DNA of 64,000 bases from the human T2T-CHM13v2.0 reference genome, Homo sapiens, in NCBI RefSeq assembly GCF_009914755.1, contig NC_060927.1; one strand, 5' to 3'. The position numbers were made by a program, and so were the translations under genes. A model generated the notes under the pieces. The model did not search any database, had not been told where the DNA came from, and worked only from the letters and a program-made list of their open reading frames with translations. Of this stretch, positions 1 through 16,862 are shown in pieces. Numbering within the stretch: the stretch's first letter is position 1; each line of letters begins with the position of its first letter.

Positions 1-1398
1 ATTTAAAATAAACAATCTAATCATTGTGATTGTATTAAATTGATAAATATTCTATATCCTTAATCTACTTTACTTACAGAATATTTCAGAATGGAAAACG
101 TGGGTTGTTTTAAATGCATATATCATATAAGCCATGTCATACCATTATTTTGTCACAAGAGGGACTAGATAGTCAAAAAGTACAGCTTTCTCTTTTGGTT
201 TCAAGATTATATTCTCTATCTAACATTAATTTTTCATACACTACATTCATGCCAGTAATGTGTTTTAGAATGTAGCACCATTATATATATATTATAAATA
301 TAATATAAATATATTTATATTTCATATATAATATATATATTTCATATCAACAAAAATGTTAACTACTAGCTTTCTGTTTCACTTCTGATGGATATAGATT
401 GTATAGAAAGTATTTAACCAGGCTATTATGGTTTCTGATTATGTGCTTTATGAAAATTATTTTTATTTTGTATTAGTACTAAAAATTTTAAAATGAATTG
501 ATTTTTATATATATATTTGTTTTATTTATTTTTATTTGATGTCCAGATATCTATAAGCATTTGCAACCAATCCACAATTTGATAAGATGAATCAAAGTAA
601 TTATGAATTTGTTGCTAGGGTAAAACCATGAGTTACTATTTTATCCACTTGACCAGTAGTTTTCACTTAAACTCTGCTCTGAGGAACCTATGGTGTTTCT
701 GGAAGGTCTGTCAGGGGCCACTATATATTGTGTAGGAGGGATACTTTTTTACTGGGACAATTCTTTACTTAACTTTTCAGATATTGCTCTCTTTTATAAA
801 GCTTTTATCTATAGAAATAACTACAAATTGAAAACCACTGGACTAGACTGGTAGGAAAAATTAGTATCAGTTGAAATGTATGAAATGTTTTTACATGTGT
901 TACCTGATTACCACTTTTCAATGTAAAATGTGAACCCTGAGAGGTAACCTTTGTCTTATTCACTGTAGTATCCCCAATGCACATAACAACACATAACACA
1001 TGGTTAAGTCTGTGTAATACATGGTAATGCATGAAACAATCAAATATCACTTAACAAATAAGTTTGTTAAGTGAATAAACAGCTCCAGAAGATAGGCATA
1101 GCAATTATTATCTGAATTTTATCAAAAAGGAAAGAGTAGCTTAGAATAAAAGACTTGCAGAGGGTCATACTATCAGTAAGTAAATCAAGTAGAACACAAA
1201 TCCTCCATCTCCTGGTTTCTAATACATTTTGGATCAAATCTGGGGGAAAGGAGGTGAGGAGAGAATGGGGAAAAAGGAAAGAAAGGAAGTAAAACAGAAT
1301 TTATTTTGCTTTCCACTATACCGCAGCTGCCTCTTATTTGATTGAGCAGGGAAAGATCAACTGTAGTAAAGCAAAAAAGAAAAACACATTTTCACTTA

Positions 1399-1816
<418 letters not shown>

Positions 1817-2018
1817 TCATGACATCATCTATTTCTAAAGGGAGTTTGGGGAATCAGTGCAGGTATCATGTGACTGCTTTCCCCAGCCGCTATTTCCTTC
1901 CCTTTCTTGTGAGTCCTTCAAACATCTGAGAGGGTTGGTTTTTCACTTCCTCTCATTCACGTTGTTGGCAGAACTCAGTTCCTTACAGTGGCAGGACCAA
2001 GATCCCCATTTGCTTTCA

Positions 2019-2322
<304 letters not shown>

Positions 2323-2482
2323 GAAAGAAAGAAAGAAAGAAAAGAAGAAGAGGAAGGGAAAGGTAAAGGGGAAGGGGAAGAGGAAGAAGAGGAAGAGGAG
2401 GATGAAAAGGAAGAAGAAGAGGAAGAAGAAGAAGAAGGAGGAGGAAGAGGAGAAGGAGGAGAAGGAGGAGAAGGAGGAGAAG
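2323..2482 (+). repeat. GA-rich low-complexity tract (AAAG, GAA, GGA units)
   Basis: Nearly pure purine run seen directly. Confidence 0.95.
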
Positions 2483-3544
2483 AACTAGAGGCCACAGCAT
2501 TCCTTGATTCATTATCTAAGCCTTGATTCATGGCTCCATTCAAAGCCAGCCATGGCGGTTAAATCCTTAGATTGCTGTTCTCTGACTCACTCTTAGTCAG
2601 TGATTAGCAACTTTTATAGACTGGTGACTAGATTGGCCCAACCAGATAACCCAGGATAATCTTTTCATCTCTAGGTCCTTAACCTTAATCCTGTCTGCAA
2701 AATGCATTTGCTATATAAAGTGACATATTTATAATTGCTGGAGATTATGAAGTGGACATCTCTGAGAAGTCATTATTCTGACTACCACGAGGAAAATAAC
2801 TGCGTAATTAAGAATCTATATATTTACTTTATGTGGACAAAGATAATTTAAAATGTAAAGGAGACAGTTTTTCTTTTCTTTCAATAGTCATTATTTATAA
2901 TTACACCAAAGACATAGAGCATGACTGATAGGCATGGTTTCTTATGACTCTAAACCATAAAATTTATATTAATTTTACAAATAACATGTTTCCTATTTGG
3001 TTATCAAGTTGAAAAATATGTAGTTAATTTTTCATCAAGAAATGTAGAAGTGCAAACAATAGAACACCACTTAAGAGGATATGTTTTTCAGGAATCTGAA
3101 GAAGGGAGGCAAGGGTGTAGCTAGAGTAAGGATAAGGATTAAATACTTTTTTCCTAGTTTTTTTCTCACCGAATTGATCAAATTTTTATCTAGGAGAAAA
3201 AAAAGATCACACATATAGTCGATACAGATAATAAGAGCCAACCTAGAAAGGAAGATGGACGTAAATCAGCAGAAAAGAAGGTTGAATAAGTTGAAATATG
3301 TAATATGGCCCTATTTCTGTAATATTGTTTGAGTATAAACACCGTATCAGGTTCCATGTCTATTTTTATTAGCCTTTTATACAACAGCACCAAGCACAGC
3401 ATCTGGCACATAGAAGGTATTAAGTAAATATTAGTTGTCCTTAAATACATTATTTTAATTAGAACTTATCAATGTTTATAGATTTTTTCAATGTACAAGG
3501 TACAACAATAAAAATCTCTCATATTCTCCATACTTTCCCAGACT

Positions 3545-3838
<294 letters not shown>

Positions 3839-4369
3839 TCCGAGACCTTTAATAAGTTATTTACTTCATAGTAATATCAGGAGCACCGATATGACTGTGT
3901 AGTCAAGGAAAAAAAATGACATAATTATTTTCCTCTACTATTTACGTTAAATCATCATCAATCTGAGAATAGTCAGTTATAGGTTTTTGAGGGAAAAGGC
4001 TATTTATGACTCATTTCTTCCACCCAAAACAGCCACAAAAAGAACCTTTCTACATATCAGGTACACAGTAAATTATAATAGAAAAAACAATTAGATCATA
4101 ATAAGAAAAGCCTCGAGGGCATTGAGGTTTTCATTCATGTTTAGCGTTTAAATTAGTATAAAGTAATTATTGGTAAATAAGTATAGTTTAATAATATAAT
4201 ACTAGTAATTAGAAAAGAACTAAAGAAGCTATTGAAAATGTTCTGAAGCAAATATTTTCTTGACTGTTTAAACTGCTGAAAATTAAGTTGTCTTGTTAGA
4301 TACTAAGTCCTACATCACTGAGCTTTTCAAGCAATGAAGTATATCATTATTGGTCAAAAAATTGAAGCA

Positions 4370-4634
<265 letters not shown>

Positions 4635-5489
4635 TTACATTTGGTGGGAGAATAACCTTTTAAGTTTATCTCTCATTGCAAAAGTGTTTGTCTGCTGGCA
4701 ATGTTCTGTTTCTTGGTCTGGGAATTTATTACACTTAAAATCTGTATATGTCTAATATTTTTATAATATGCCCTCCTTTCTGACCTCTTTTCTGCATGTA
4801 TATTTTGTCAACAATAAGCCTCACAATTTTATAAGCCAGTTACCTTTTCTGTGAGATAAATCACTGATTTACATAGGCTTCTTAGACTCTCCCTGCTGTC
4901 TCTTTCTTCATAAAGATTCACACTTCTCTTAACTCCAAGGCCAGTGAAAGTTATACGATCAAAGCTCTGGATCCTCTCTTGTTAGGATTTTGGCTTGATA
5001 GAACTAAGTGATGATAATATTAGCAAATCAAATTGAAAAGTTTCTAAAATGCATCTTATTTTTAAAGGGGTAATTGATAGAAAATATAAGCTGGAAGTTA
5101 TATTAGACCTTTGGTAGTACTGTGTGGACTTTTTATACTTCATTTTAATAATGAAGATGTTTAATTTATTTCAAACAGTATTTAACAAAGAGAATATAAG
5201 CAAATGTCGACCATCACATACAAAGCTTCTCTGGGTGGAGTCTAAGGGAAGACATGAGAGGTATATTTACCTCTACATTCAGTCTTAGCATCATACTCTT
5301 TCCTCTCCCACCATCATCCTTCTTTAGATGAGCCATTCTGAAGCAAAGTTTGTGAAAAACTACTTATCCAGTTTAATATTCACAAAATAACAGAAAAATA
5401 AAATTTGAAGGGGGACGGGATTTTCTCAAACTAAAGCACTTAGTTGGCAGATTCGTATGCTGATAAGACCTGGCTTTTGGTTTGGTCTA

Positions 5490-5610
5490 TTTGAATTTGA
5501 ATAAGTTAACTTCTCTAAGCCTCAGTTTCCTCATATGTAAAATGGAGCTAATAATATCTACTCCCACAGATGTTGAAAATATGAGATAGTGTCTGGCACA
5601 TAGTGAGTAC
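5490..5610 (+). mobile_element. MIR fragment
   Basis: ctctaagcctcagtttcctcatatgtaaaatgg MIR core. Confidence 0.7.
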
Positions 5611-5741
5611 TGGTGAGTGGGAACTATCATGTTTATTCCAACTCCCAAAGAAAGCCCCCAGAGCTACATAAAATAAAGAACAAAAATAATGATCAATAAC
5701 TTGCCCTTTAGTTTAAAAATGTCCTCCTTGGTTTGTTTCAG

Positions 5742-5826
5742 GAAAGTAGTAGATCATCCAAAAAGGCGATTTGGTATCCCCATGGATCGGATTGGTAGAA
5801 ACCGGCTTTCAAATTCCAGAGGCTAA
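5742..5826 (+). CDS. OSTN: Osteocrin (musclin) last coding exon, C-terminus (R)[27 protein letters not shown]
   Basis: Acceptor gtttgtttcag at 5731-5741; the translation matches the known OSTN C-terminus with the natriuretic-peptide-like FGIPMDRIG motif; TAA at 5824-5826; donor GTGAGT at 5839. Upstream coding exons were not found in the window. Confidence 0.96.
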
Positions 5827-7764
5827 TTGATTCCAATTGTGAGTACAATTTGAATAAGTAACAGTATATGCAGGTATTTGATTAATATTTCACAATGGAC
5901 TAATCAATCCATTCTTGCTTATAAATCCCCCTTTTGATTTCCTAGCTTATCAGTTCACTTTTTCAATCATTTATGTATGCAATGAGTATAGTATATTAAT
6001 GTTAAATAACTTAAATGATATTTAAAAAGCAAAAGAATGTCCTAGTTCTGCTTCACTCTCCAAAATTAATGATTTAGTTGTTTTCAGACTTCTATGTAAT
6101 TAACCATTGAATATTAATATGCACACAAGGGTTAAAGTTCTAGTCAATATATTAAATCACCTCCATAAATATATAAAAATCCTTGCGTTATGAAGAAGAC
6201 ACATTCAAGTGATACACATCATTTTGTTGTCAATAAGTACGTTATTAGAATTATGATAATGTGGAGCATAGGGGAGAAAATGCACAGCAGAAAGAGCATT
6301 AGCCATGGAATCAAAACACTTTATCCAAATCCTGATTCTTTCATTCATTCATTATCTTGTTTCTGTTAAGATAGTTTATTTTTCTACAGCTTGTACATTT
6401 AAATAATAATGTAGTGGTATTCTGAAGATTACATTAGATGTTTGTAGTGGGCCTACAATATATTGGATACACAATACATGCAAGTGATAGTTTACATTAC
6501 AGTTCTGAAAATTTACTCTGTTCCAGGCCTTATACTTGGCACTTTATGTGCATTGCTTCACTTAATCATTTTATTTCATAAAGCAATACTATCACTATCT
6601 CCAATATCTTGAGAATTATTGATGTATAAGGGTTAAAGGTGCCAGCTAAAGAGATCAGGCCTTATGGGTTCAAATCCCAGGTCATCTATCAATATTTGCT
6701 AGCTATGGGAACTTATTTAAATTCTCAAACACTCCTTCATTAAATTAGAATAATAATTTCTACCATATAGCATTGTCCTGAGGATTAAATAGATACATAT
6801 TAAGCACTTATAATAGTACCTGAGATGTTAATTTATTAATAAGTATTAGTTAATATTATCATTATACAAATAAATGGAAAGCTTAGAAATATTAACTTAC
6901 AGTGCCACATAGAGTATAAGTGGTACACATAGAATTAAAATCCAGAAAGGTTACATCCTGAGTGGGTATGTTAAACACAGCATTTAATCATACATATCCT
7001 TTAAACACTAAATAAATGTTTTTTGAAGGTGAAATCTTAGCAATATGTTTTCTTCCAATAGGACTTATAGAAGGTGCATGCCCGCTCCCTAACAAATAAG
7101 ACAAACTGGAACTGCTTTAACAATCTGAGGCTAGAGCAGAGGGAATTTTGCCTTCTGCTTCTCTCGAGATAATCCTTAGACCAATAATTTAGAGGCCCCA
7201 AAAGTATCATATTAGCCCTGATCTTGTCTTAATTTAAATCATCCCATTTTTTCCCTCCTCCTCATGCTCTAAAACCACAATAAATAGTCAGTATTTTTTC
7301 TCAACTCTCTCGTTCTCAAAATCACTCAGTTAAAATAAATTTCATTATCATGGAGTTGTTTAATGAACCTCTGCAGTTAATGAATGTCTATAGATACAAG
7401 AGAACTTACTGAATACTGCCAAGAACACTGCCTTTTAATCAGCATCATCTTCAAAACAGGTTGAACATTATTTCTTCGTATCTAGAGATATACCAAGTAT
7501 GGTCACTCTTCAAGGTTGTTAAAAATTGCCACATTATATTTGAGTAGAAACTAGCTAATTGCTGTTTAAAAACCAAGTAACTCTTTGAGTCCTCCAGTTT
7601 CTTGATGTTCTGAGAACATTATGACAGTGAGATAAAATTAATTAACTTTGATTGGTTTCCACATATACCTTTACCACCCTTGATTATCACCCATTTCAAC
7701 ATTTTTTAGTTCAACCACAACGAGTTATGTTAAACAAATTATACAGAGAACTCATTTTCATATG

Positions 7765-8069
<305 letters not shown>

Positions 8070-9066
8070 TTGAATTTTTATATGAAGACTGAGACCATAG
8101 AAATTTCAGCAACTACCAAACTATGAAGACAATTGAATTAATACAATGCTTCCTGAATCACTGTTGGGTGAAATCCAAATTTGTATGTTGTGTCCTTCTC
8201 TTAGCAAACTTTGTTAAGCATCTTGATAATCACTGTTCTTATATTAAAATCTCAAGGTGAGAATATCACAAAAGAATCGATTTAGAAAAGAATTTATCAT
8301 ATATTTGCTCTTTCCCGTTCATCAGTCATTGTGGGTTCACCTGTTCGACCGTTTTGTTTCTATTTATTTTCCATCACTGTCACCAAGATTTCTCTCAGAC
8401 ATTTGTTTACTTCCTCATGTGAAGTTTCATGTTATGTAGTTTATGAATAACAAAAGACATGAGATGATAATATATTTCTAATTTCCAATCTAATTTTCAA
8501 AGTTACTTTTTATATTTTTATCTACTGTCAACAATATTCCTTTGAATTAAACAGGGGATGTATCATTTAACAGAGAGCAGCTTAAAAGTCATTAAATACT
8601 GTTCACACAGTAATACAGCTGAGAGGTTCAAAAACATAAAGTTTCATTTAATCCAACCCCATTTTTTAAAACAATTCAGGAAAATGGAGCTGCAAGAGGA
8701 AATTGTCCCAAATTTTATAGACTCTTGGGCAGAGCAAAATCTGGGGTCCGGGTCTTTGGACTTATAGGCCAACATTCTCTTCGTGACCCAAAAGGCCTTC
8801 TTGGTGCTAAGTTTTCATTGTTGGATGCTAAATTCATTGGTTATACATTTCTAAGACGAACAGAAATGGTATCTCGCACTTTACAAAAATCTTTGTTTCA
8901 CTTCTGTGCAGGTTGATGGATTTACTTTTGGAGCAGGTTTATTTGTGGGTTTTCATCTTCCGGGTTTCACTTTAACACTTCCTATTAAAAGTAAAACTGC
9001 TATCTAATTATGGAAGTTTTGCTTCATTCGAGGTGAAGTCTGGAACAGCTGCTCTATGATGCCTAC

Positions 9067-9599
9067 TATAGGGGCCAAATGCCCGCTGAGGTTTTGCTAA
9101 CAGTCACTGACATGAGGCAGATGGATACATACGAGAAAAGTCACACAAATTTATTTAACATTTATACCTGGGAGGCTTAAGGATGAAGACCTCAACTTTC
9201 CAGGGGGTATAGATGCTTATATAACATCTTAAGGTTACAGAAAGAATGCAGACTCAGCATGACCACAACCAGGTTTTAATAATAGTTTCAAGACAGGCTA
9301 TGGGAGAGAGAATGGAAGAGGCTTGGCTAGCAAAGGTGGATTTGTTATGTAGATGAAACCTCATTGGCAGCAGCCCTCAGAGAATTTAGATGGTGAATGT
9401 TTATTTTCAGTAGTTTAAAGGTACCAAACTCTCAGCTAATCTTTCCTAGATCTGGACAAGGGAAGGGCTGGTTGCATTAATGCAAATTCTCTACAGATCT
9501 ACAGATGCAAATTTCCCCCACAGAAGACACATTTTCAGGATCACTTCAGAATATGTTAAAGAAATATATTTTGGAGTAAAATACTTTTTATTTACTTCA
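9067..9599 (-). mobile_element. 3' LTR of the ERV1 provirus
   Basis: Homologous to 16863-17373; minus strand begins TGAAGTAAATAAAAAGTATTTTAC. Confidence 0.8.
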
Positions 9600-10705
9600 A
9601 TCCCCACTTTGAAACTTAAAAAGCGTTTCACATATTAAAAGCCAAACTAACAGCTTTGGAGAGATTTGGATTAGAGGTTGTTAGATAGAAATAGACAAAA
9701 GATGGAAAGACAAATTGGGATAAACAGAAAAAAGTAAATTTAAATATATTATCTCAAGTCTTGTTTAGTCAGTCTCTTAGTCCTGAGAATAGATCAGTTC
9801 AGTTAAATAGCTGTGTCCCATTCCAGAAGGTGGCATGGGAGTTGGACTAGGCCTCTATATGTGATGCAGATAAACAGATCTTTAATAAGAAGTATTTCTA
9901 AGGAAATAGAAAAAAACAAGGGTTAAACAGAGGTTAAAAACTGTCTAGAGCAGTCTATAGACTAGTTTTTCTAGAGTCTCTGAAGCATCTTCAGAATGCA
10001 ATGGCAATATGCCAGATTATTCTGAATTGTGTTACAAAATAGGGTTTCAAGTGAACTTTCTGAGAAGTCCGTATCAGCAGGCGTGAAGGTTGTTTACATA
10101 TAAGTGGCTGTTATTTCTCTCAAAATTTAAATTGTCTAACTTCAGTCTGCCGGGCTTTATGAAAAGCACAGTTTTAATTTCTAGAGATTTCAGGTTAGAA
10201 AAAAATGGAAGAAAAAATTAAAAACCTTAGTTTGGAGACTTGTAGCCAAGAAAGAATTCAAGATTCAGTCCAAACTATAGGCAAATAATAAAAACTCAAA
10301 AACAATGAATAAGGCTAGAATCTAACAACAGGTGTCTGTATAGTTTTCTTTTGAAAGATAATTTTTCTCTCTCCACTTCCCCATTTCTACCAAAGATAAG
10401 TCATAGTCCTTATTTATTTGCAAAATAAGTTTTAGTCATATTATATATTCTACTTGGTCTGATTATTTGCATGAAGTACAGCAAAAATGTGATTGGCCAT
10501 ACAAGGTCTTTTTAAATTGGCTTTACTGAGACTTTCCTTATAAGGAATCTCAGATTAGACTTTCAAAAGCTTCTTGAGGTTAACCAAATCAAAGATTTAT
10601 TTGTGCTTGTACACACCTGTATGAATTTGGGTGAATTTCTCTCTTCTCAGGGTCCTAAAATAACTTGAGATTCCTGGGCCTGTCAGAAAGTGACATTCTT
10701 TAGTT

Positions 10706-11051
10706 CAGCTGTCCCCAGGCTTTTCGGCGCCGGGGACTGGTTTCCTGGAAGACAATTTTTCCAAGGACCAGGGGGCAGGGGAGGAAATGGTTTTGGGATG
10801 AAGCTGTTCCACCTCAGATCATCAAGCATTAGTTAGACTCTCATAAGGAACACACAACCTAGATCCCTTGCATGAACAGTTCACAATAGGATTCGTGCTC
10901 TTATGAGAATCTAATGCCACTGTGGATCTGACAGAAGGTGGAGCTCAGGTGGTAATGCTCACTTGCCCACTGCTCACCTCCTGCTGTGTGGCTCAGTTCC
11001 TAACAGGCCACAGACATGTGCTGGTCCGCAACCCGGAGGATGGGAATGCTG
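10706..11051 (-). mobile_element. MER1B-like hAT-Charlie DNA transposon nested in the ERV
   Basis: CAG...CTG termini; matches recalled MER1B consensus (ctgttccacctcagatcatca, gagaatctaatgcc). Confidence 0.8.
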
Positions 11052-12604
11052 CTTTACCGCAAGTCAGGAACTTCGTAAAGAAACCACATAGGCAAGGTAT
11101 CAGGCAAGTCTTTCCAAGAGGCTTTTTATTGGCTCTATAAAGTCAAACTCAATTCCTCAAAGTAGTCTGGACATTTCTAAAAATATACCACTCCACTCAA
11201 ATCCTTGATGAAATAACCAGTGTCTGCAATTGTGTACTGTTAAAAAACAAAACATATTCTTGCTGAACTTACACAAAACATTATATTCCTAGAAACTAAA
11301 AATGCTCACAAATAGTTTCTAAATTCTGAAGAAGGCAGGTAGAAAGAAATATGCTTCAAATTTTGTTCACAAAAGTATGCTTTATCCAATCTGTTGTAAG
11401 ATATAAATAGCCCTAAAAAAAGTGTTTTAACTCTGAAAAAAAAAACAAAAATAATCAGCAATGTTCAAACAAAAAAAGTCATTAAAATGATTTCGGTTTT
11501 CTGTTACTTTTAGCCAATGTAATTAACTCTTCTTCTGCTTGATGTTGCGTTAGCAGTTGCCATGAATGCATCAGCTTTTTAATTAGAGTCCTAAAAATTT
11601 TGTGATTTTTACCTAATCAAATTGTATAATCTCCAAAGTTATTAGAAACCTGTACTTAAGAGTACTTACAAAAGTACTTTCCATGAATTTCCAGAAAGAA
11701 GCAAACTTTGGATTGTGGCTGATTATAAACCACCTTTTAAGAAGAGTCAGAGTAAAATAATAATTGTCTGTGTATGACAAAAGTCTTAGACTGGCATGGT
11801 TAAAGAAAATTGACAAGAAAAATCAGTTATTTCTATAGCATATAACAATTTAACATAATAATTATAATTAAATACTACTGATAACATATGCTAAAACATA
11901 TCAGAATTTCAGGAACCTCATACAATTTTAGAACACATCTTAATAACACACTTATATAAATATAATGCAAAGTAAAACACATTTCAGACTTGACAATGCT
12001 TCCTGTATAATTTGAACATGCCAAATAAGCTGTATATGTTTTTCTTGGACTTCCACGGGCTGTAATATTTAAAAAGGTAGTTGAGGTAAAAAAGACTGAA
12101 TTTAGCATTTGAATTTTGATTTTGGAAAGTTTATCAAACATCAAAAGTTTAAAATCCTTGATATCACAAAATAAGATCACAGGTCTCTGTAAAATAAGAC
12201 ATTCATTTAGCCAAAATAATAATTCAGAGATTTCAAAAAGCATAGAGAGAAGACTCAGTTTCTTAAACAATCATAAGGTCTAATAAAGACAGCATGAGGC
12301 AAACTGAAACTGTCTCTCCCCCTCTCTCCTCCTTTTTTTTTTTTTGCAGCTTAGTCAAACAGCAAATAAAATTTTTTACTACCTCTTATTAATACTATAT
12401 TAAAAGATTATTCAAAAGAGAAAACCAAATTTTACCTTTGTATTCATGTATTATTAATGCTAAAGCTAATTTTAATAAGTTTATAAACAAATCCATACAA
12501 TTTCAGTTTTATAACCTCTTACAATTTTTAAAATTTCTTCAATTTAAAACAATCCTTAAAACCTCTAAACTAGACAAAATTACTTTCACTTTAACAAAAA
12601 CCAA

Positions 12605-13024
<420 letters not shown>

Positions 13025-14130
13025 CTACATATAGTTATTATAGTGTTAATAATTAGTAACTTTTATTTTAGTAAAAAATCTAGGAAGTAGGTAATTTTAA
13101 TTACATATCAGATGCAGAGCCCAGGACAAAAGACAATGCCTGGAGAATCTAATTTCTCACAGCATCTCCCAGCAGGGGAGGCATAACTGGGATAGGAGAG
13201 AATCTAATCTCCCAGCAGGGGAGGCATAACTGGGATAGGAAAGATGGACCAGGTGTTATCCCCCACCCTCATCATGGGCATCTGTCTAGACCTCTGAATC
13301 GAAAGGCTGTAATCAAGATACACAGACTCGGAAACAAATTAATCAAGTATCAAAAATATCAAGCAACAATTTTTTGGCCATAAACCTGCCTGATCAATAG
13401 ACTCAGACAAAAATGTCTACATTAAAATTTTGAAGACATTTTAATATTATTTTACCAATAATTTTAAAACTATCTTTATTTCTCAAAGATTGCTAAAATC
13501 ACATGAACTTGAAAAGCATTTGGTCTTAATTTATGAGTACTCATTTATTTTTAAATTAATGTGGTACCATGTGTAGACAATATTAAACATGTATAGCTAT
13601 AAATACATATATACATATACATGTATGTATAGAGAGACACAAGGTATAGCATACACATCTGCACATGAAGACTTTATTGTTTTGATTTTAGAATTTTAGC
13701 CATAAGACAGGTAAAACTCACTAGTCTAAAAAGACAGATTGAAACTATGCCTTTGTAAATGGAAAAATTTAAGGCTTATCTGGAGTACCCCTTCTGAGTT
13801 TCAGAGAAAACAGGTAGCAAATTTATATCTCAAAGCACAGAGAGAATTTGATTTTTCAAGAAGCTTGAGTAGTCAAAGGAAGATTAAAAATGAATGCCAA
13901 GATTCCTTAGGAATTAACCGTAAGATTGCATAAGGAGAGCAATCTCATTTAGATAGGTAGCTTTTAATTCAGTCTGTGTTTTTCAAGTGGACCACTGAGG
14001 TCAGGACAGAACTCATTAAGGAACAAGGCTAACAAAGTATTTTTAGTTTATAGGGCCTAATAATTTAAATATGAAAAAAGTGGATGCAGTTAAAAGGCAA
14101 AGCATTTAGATGTTTAAAAAGCAAGGGTTT

Positions 14131-14378
14131 CTGAGAGTTGAACAATGAGAACACATGGACACAGGGAGGGGAACATCACATACCAGGGCCTGTCGGGGCG
14201 TAGGAGGCAAGGGGAGGGATAGCATTAAGAGAAACACCAAATGCACGCGGGGTTTAAAACCTAGATGACGGGTTGATGGGTGCAGCAAATCACCAGGGCA
14301 CATGTATAGCTATGTAACAAGCCTGCACGTTCTGCACATGTATTCCAGGACTTAAAGTATAATTAAAAAAAAAAAAAA
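14131..14378 (+). mobile_element. 5'-truncated L1PA 3' end (L1PA7/8-like) nested in the ERV
   Basis: gaacaatgagaacacatggacacagggagggg...aaagtataat plus poly(A); TSD-like aaaaagcaagggtttc / aaaaatcaaggctttc. Confidence 0.85.
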
Positions 14379-14905
14379 ATCAAGGCTTTCACTGAATCCC
14401 AGGTACCCCCAAAAGAGGAAAGCACCATGGAAACCAGGCCACACACTTTGGTCACTTTGCCGCAAATACATTTTTCTGGGTGTTTAAACCGCACCGTTGT
14501 TCATCTAATGTGCAAATGAGTAGCCCCCTGTAGTAACAAGCATTTATTGGAAACAACTATAGTTGGCCATGTCTAACACTGTTACTCTTGCCTAGCCATT
14601 ACATACACTAAGGTCAAGTCTCTCATAATACCAAATAATTTCTGGTCAAAAGCCAAAGTGATCAGGTAACACAATACAAAAGAGAGCAGAGTTTTAGACC
14701 TCACAGGAGGTTGCCTACGACGCTTAAAACTGCAAGGAAAGAAGACTCCCAGAAAGGAGTAAGAGTACTCTGAGTTACCTTCTTCTGAGTCCCTTAAGGA
14801 GTGTGAGCTGTTAGAAGTCTTTTCTAGACCTTTTCCTGTGGTACCAAAAATGGCAAAGAGGAAGGAGAAGCAGGGAGAAGTGAAAGTAAACGGGAAAACA
14901 ATCTG

Positions 14906-15203
14906 TTTTTTTTTTTTGAGACAGACTCTTGCTTTGTCGCCCAGACTGGAATGCAGTAGCACCGTCTCAGCTCACTGCAACCTCCGCCTCCCAGATCCAA
15001 GAAATTCTTCTGCCTCAGCCTCCCGAGTAGCCAGGAGCTACGCCCCCTGGCTACTTTTTGTAGCCCCCAGCTAATTTTTGTATTTTTAGTAGAGACAGGG
15101 TTTCACCATATTGACCAGGCTGGCCTCGAACTCGTGACATCATGATCCACCCGCCTTGGCCTCCCGAAGTGCTGGGATTACAGGCGTGAGCCACCTTGCC
15201 TGG
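14906..15203 (-). mobile_element. AluS nested in the ERV
   Basis: Reverse Alu dimer. Confidence 0.88.
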
Positions 15204-15539
15204 ATTTTTTTTTTTAACCAAAATACACTCCCTGGTAAAATTAATAAGCCTTAACCAAGGTTCTGACTTAACCAAGGATGTATGAGGTGTCTCCAAAGAA
15301 ATAAATGACCACCTCCAAAAAGTCAAAAGTCACACAGATGTCAAACCAACAGGGCCCCCTGACTGGGTATCAAAGCCAGGCGTTGATGCTGAAAGCATGG
15401 ACTTTTAACTATTAGACCACAAGGCAGGATGGCTTTTATTGTTATTCCCTCAGGCAATCTCTTACAAAGGATTTTAAATGTTTTAGGTCAAATTTTTGCC
15501 CTTTAATTTAGTCAAGAGAATTTTGAAAGCTAGCTATGA

Positions 15540-15853
<314 letters not shown>

Positions 15854-16862
15854 TGTGTATCCTTTTAATTTAATCTTCGCATCAATTGTTTGGTGTAAGA
15901 TATCTCTAATTTTTTTTTTTTAATTTAGGAATTTTAGTCTAACTTAAAGGATCCGTCTTCTGGCCACCGACAATTAGGGTTTCCAGTGGTGTACTTATTC
16001 CAGTAACAACTCAATCCAAAAGCCTCTTCCTGTAAAGCCAGAATGTAATTTTAGGGCATAGACAAAAACAATGCCAAAGATTCCCCCACCAAAAATCTCA
16101 CTCCCGGAAACAGGCTAAGAGAGCAAAAGACTCTTGTTGCCACAGATATTAAGGAACCCACAAATTTCTGAGGGGGGTGCCAGTCACAGTTGTGAGGGGG
16201 GTGCCAGTAATCTGTGACACCAGGTGTCCCCTCCTGGGATTGGACTTTCCCGGCATTAACCAGGCAACAACGGCTGAGAAAACAAAAGCTCCTTATGGAC
16301 AGGACTTCTTATGACAAACCCCCGCCCCCGAGCTTGGGAGATTAGTAACAAAAAAAGTCTTGGGTTCCCAGGCATTTTTAGGATGGCCACCTGATGTGAT
16401 CCAACAACCATGCCCTTCGGGTGATGGAGACCAGGAAAGACTGCTCCCACTTAGTCAGATGTCAAGCTCTCCAGGACATAAAACTGAACAAGAGGGAACT
16501 TTATTTGGTATCCCTCTTTATGAACAACACAGAAAGACAGAGACAAAGAAAAAGACTGTTTCTGGGAGGAAAGAGATCAAACAATATGAATATTCATACA
16601 CAAAGTACCAAAAAGTACACCAGAGATACTATACCCCAAGTTAAGTCACATAAATCTTTGTCTCGCATTAATCAAAATTGTGCAGAGGAAAGAGTGATTT
16701 TTACCATTCACCTGATCAGATTACAGAGAGAGAGAGATAGAGGCCAGGAGCTTTTCTGGTAAGAAATTCTTACTCTTTTTGCCAGCAGATTAGGTCTTGG
16801 GTTCTCGTAACTGTGACTTCCAGCGGGGTGAAATTTTAATCTCGCTGCTCACTGCACCCAAC

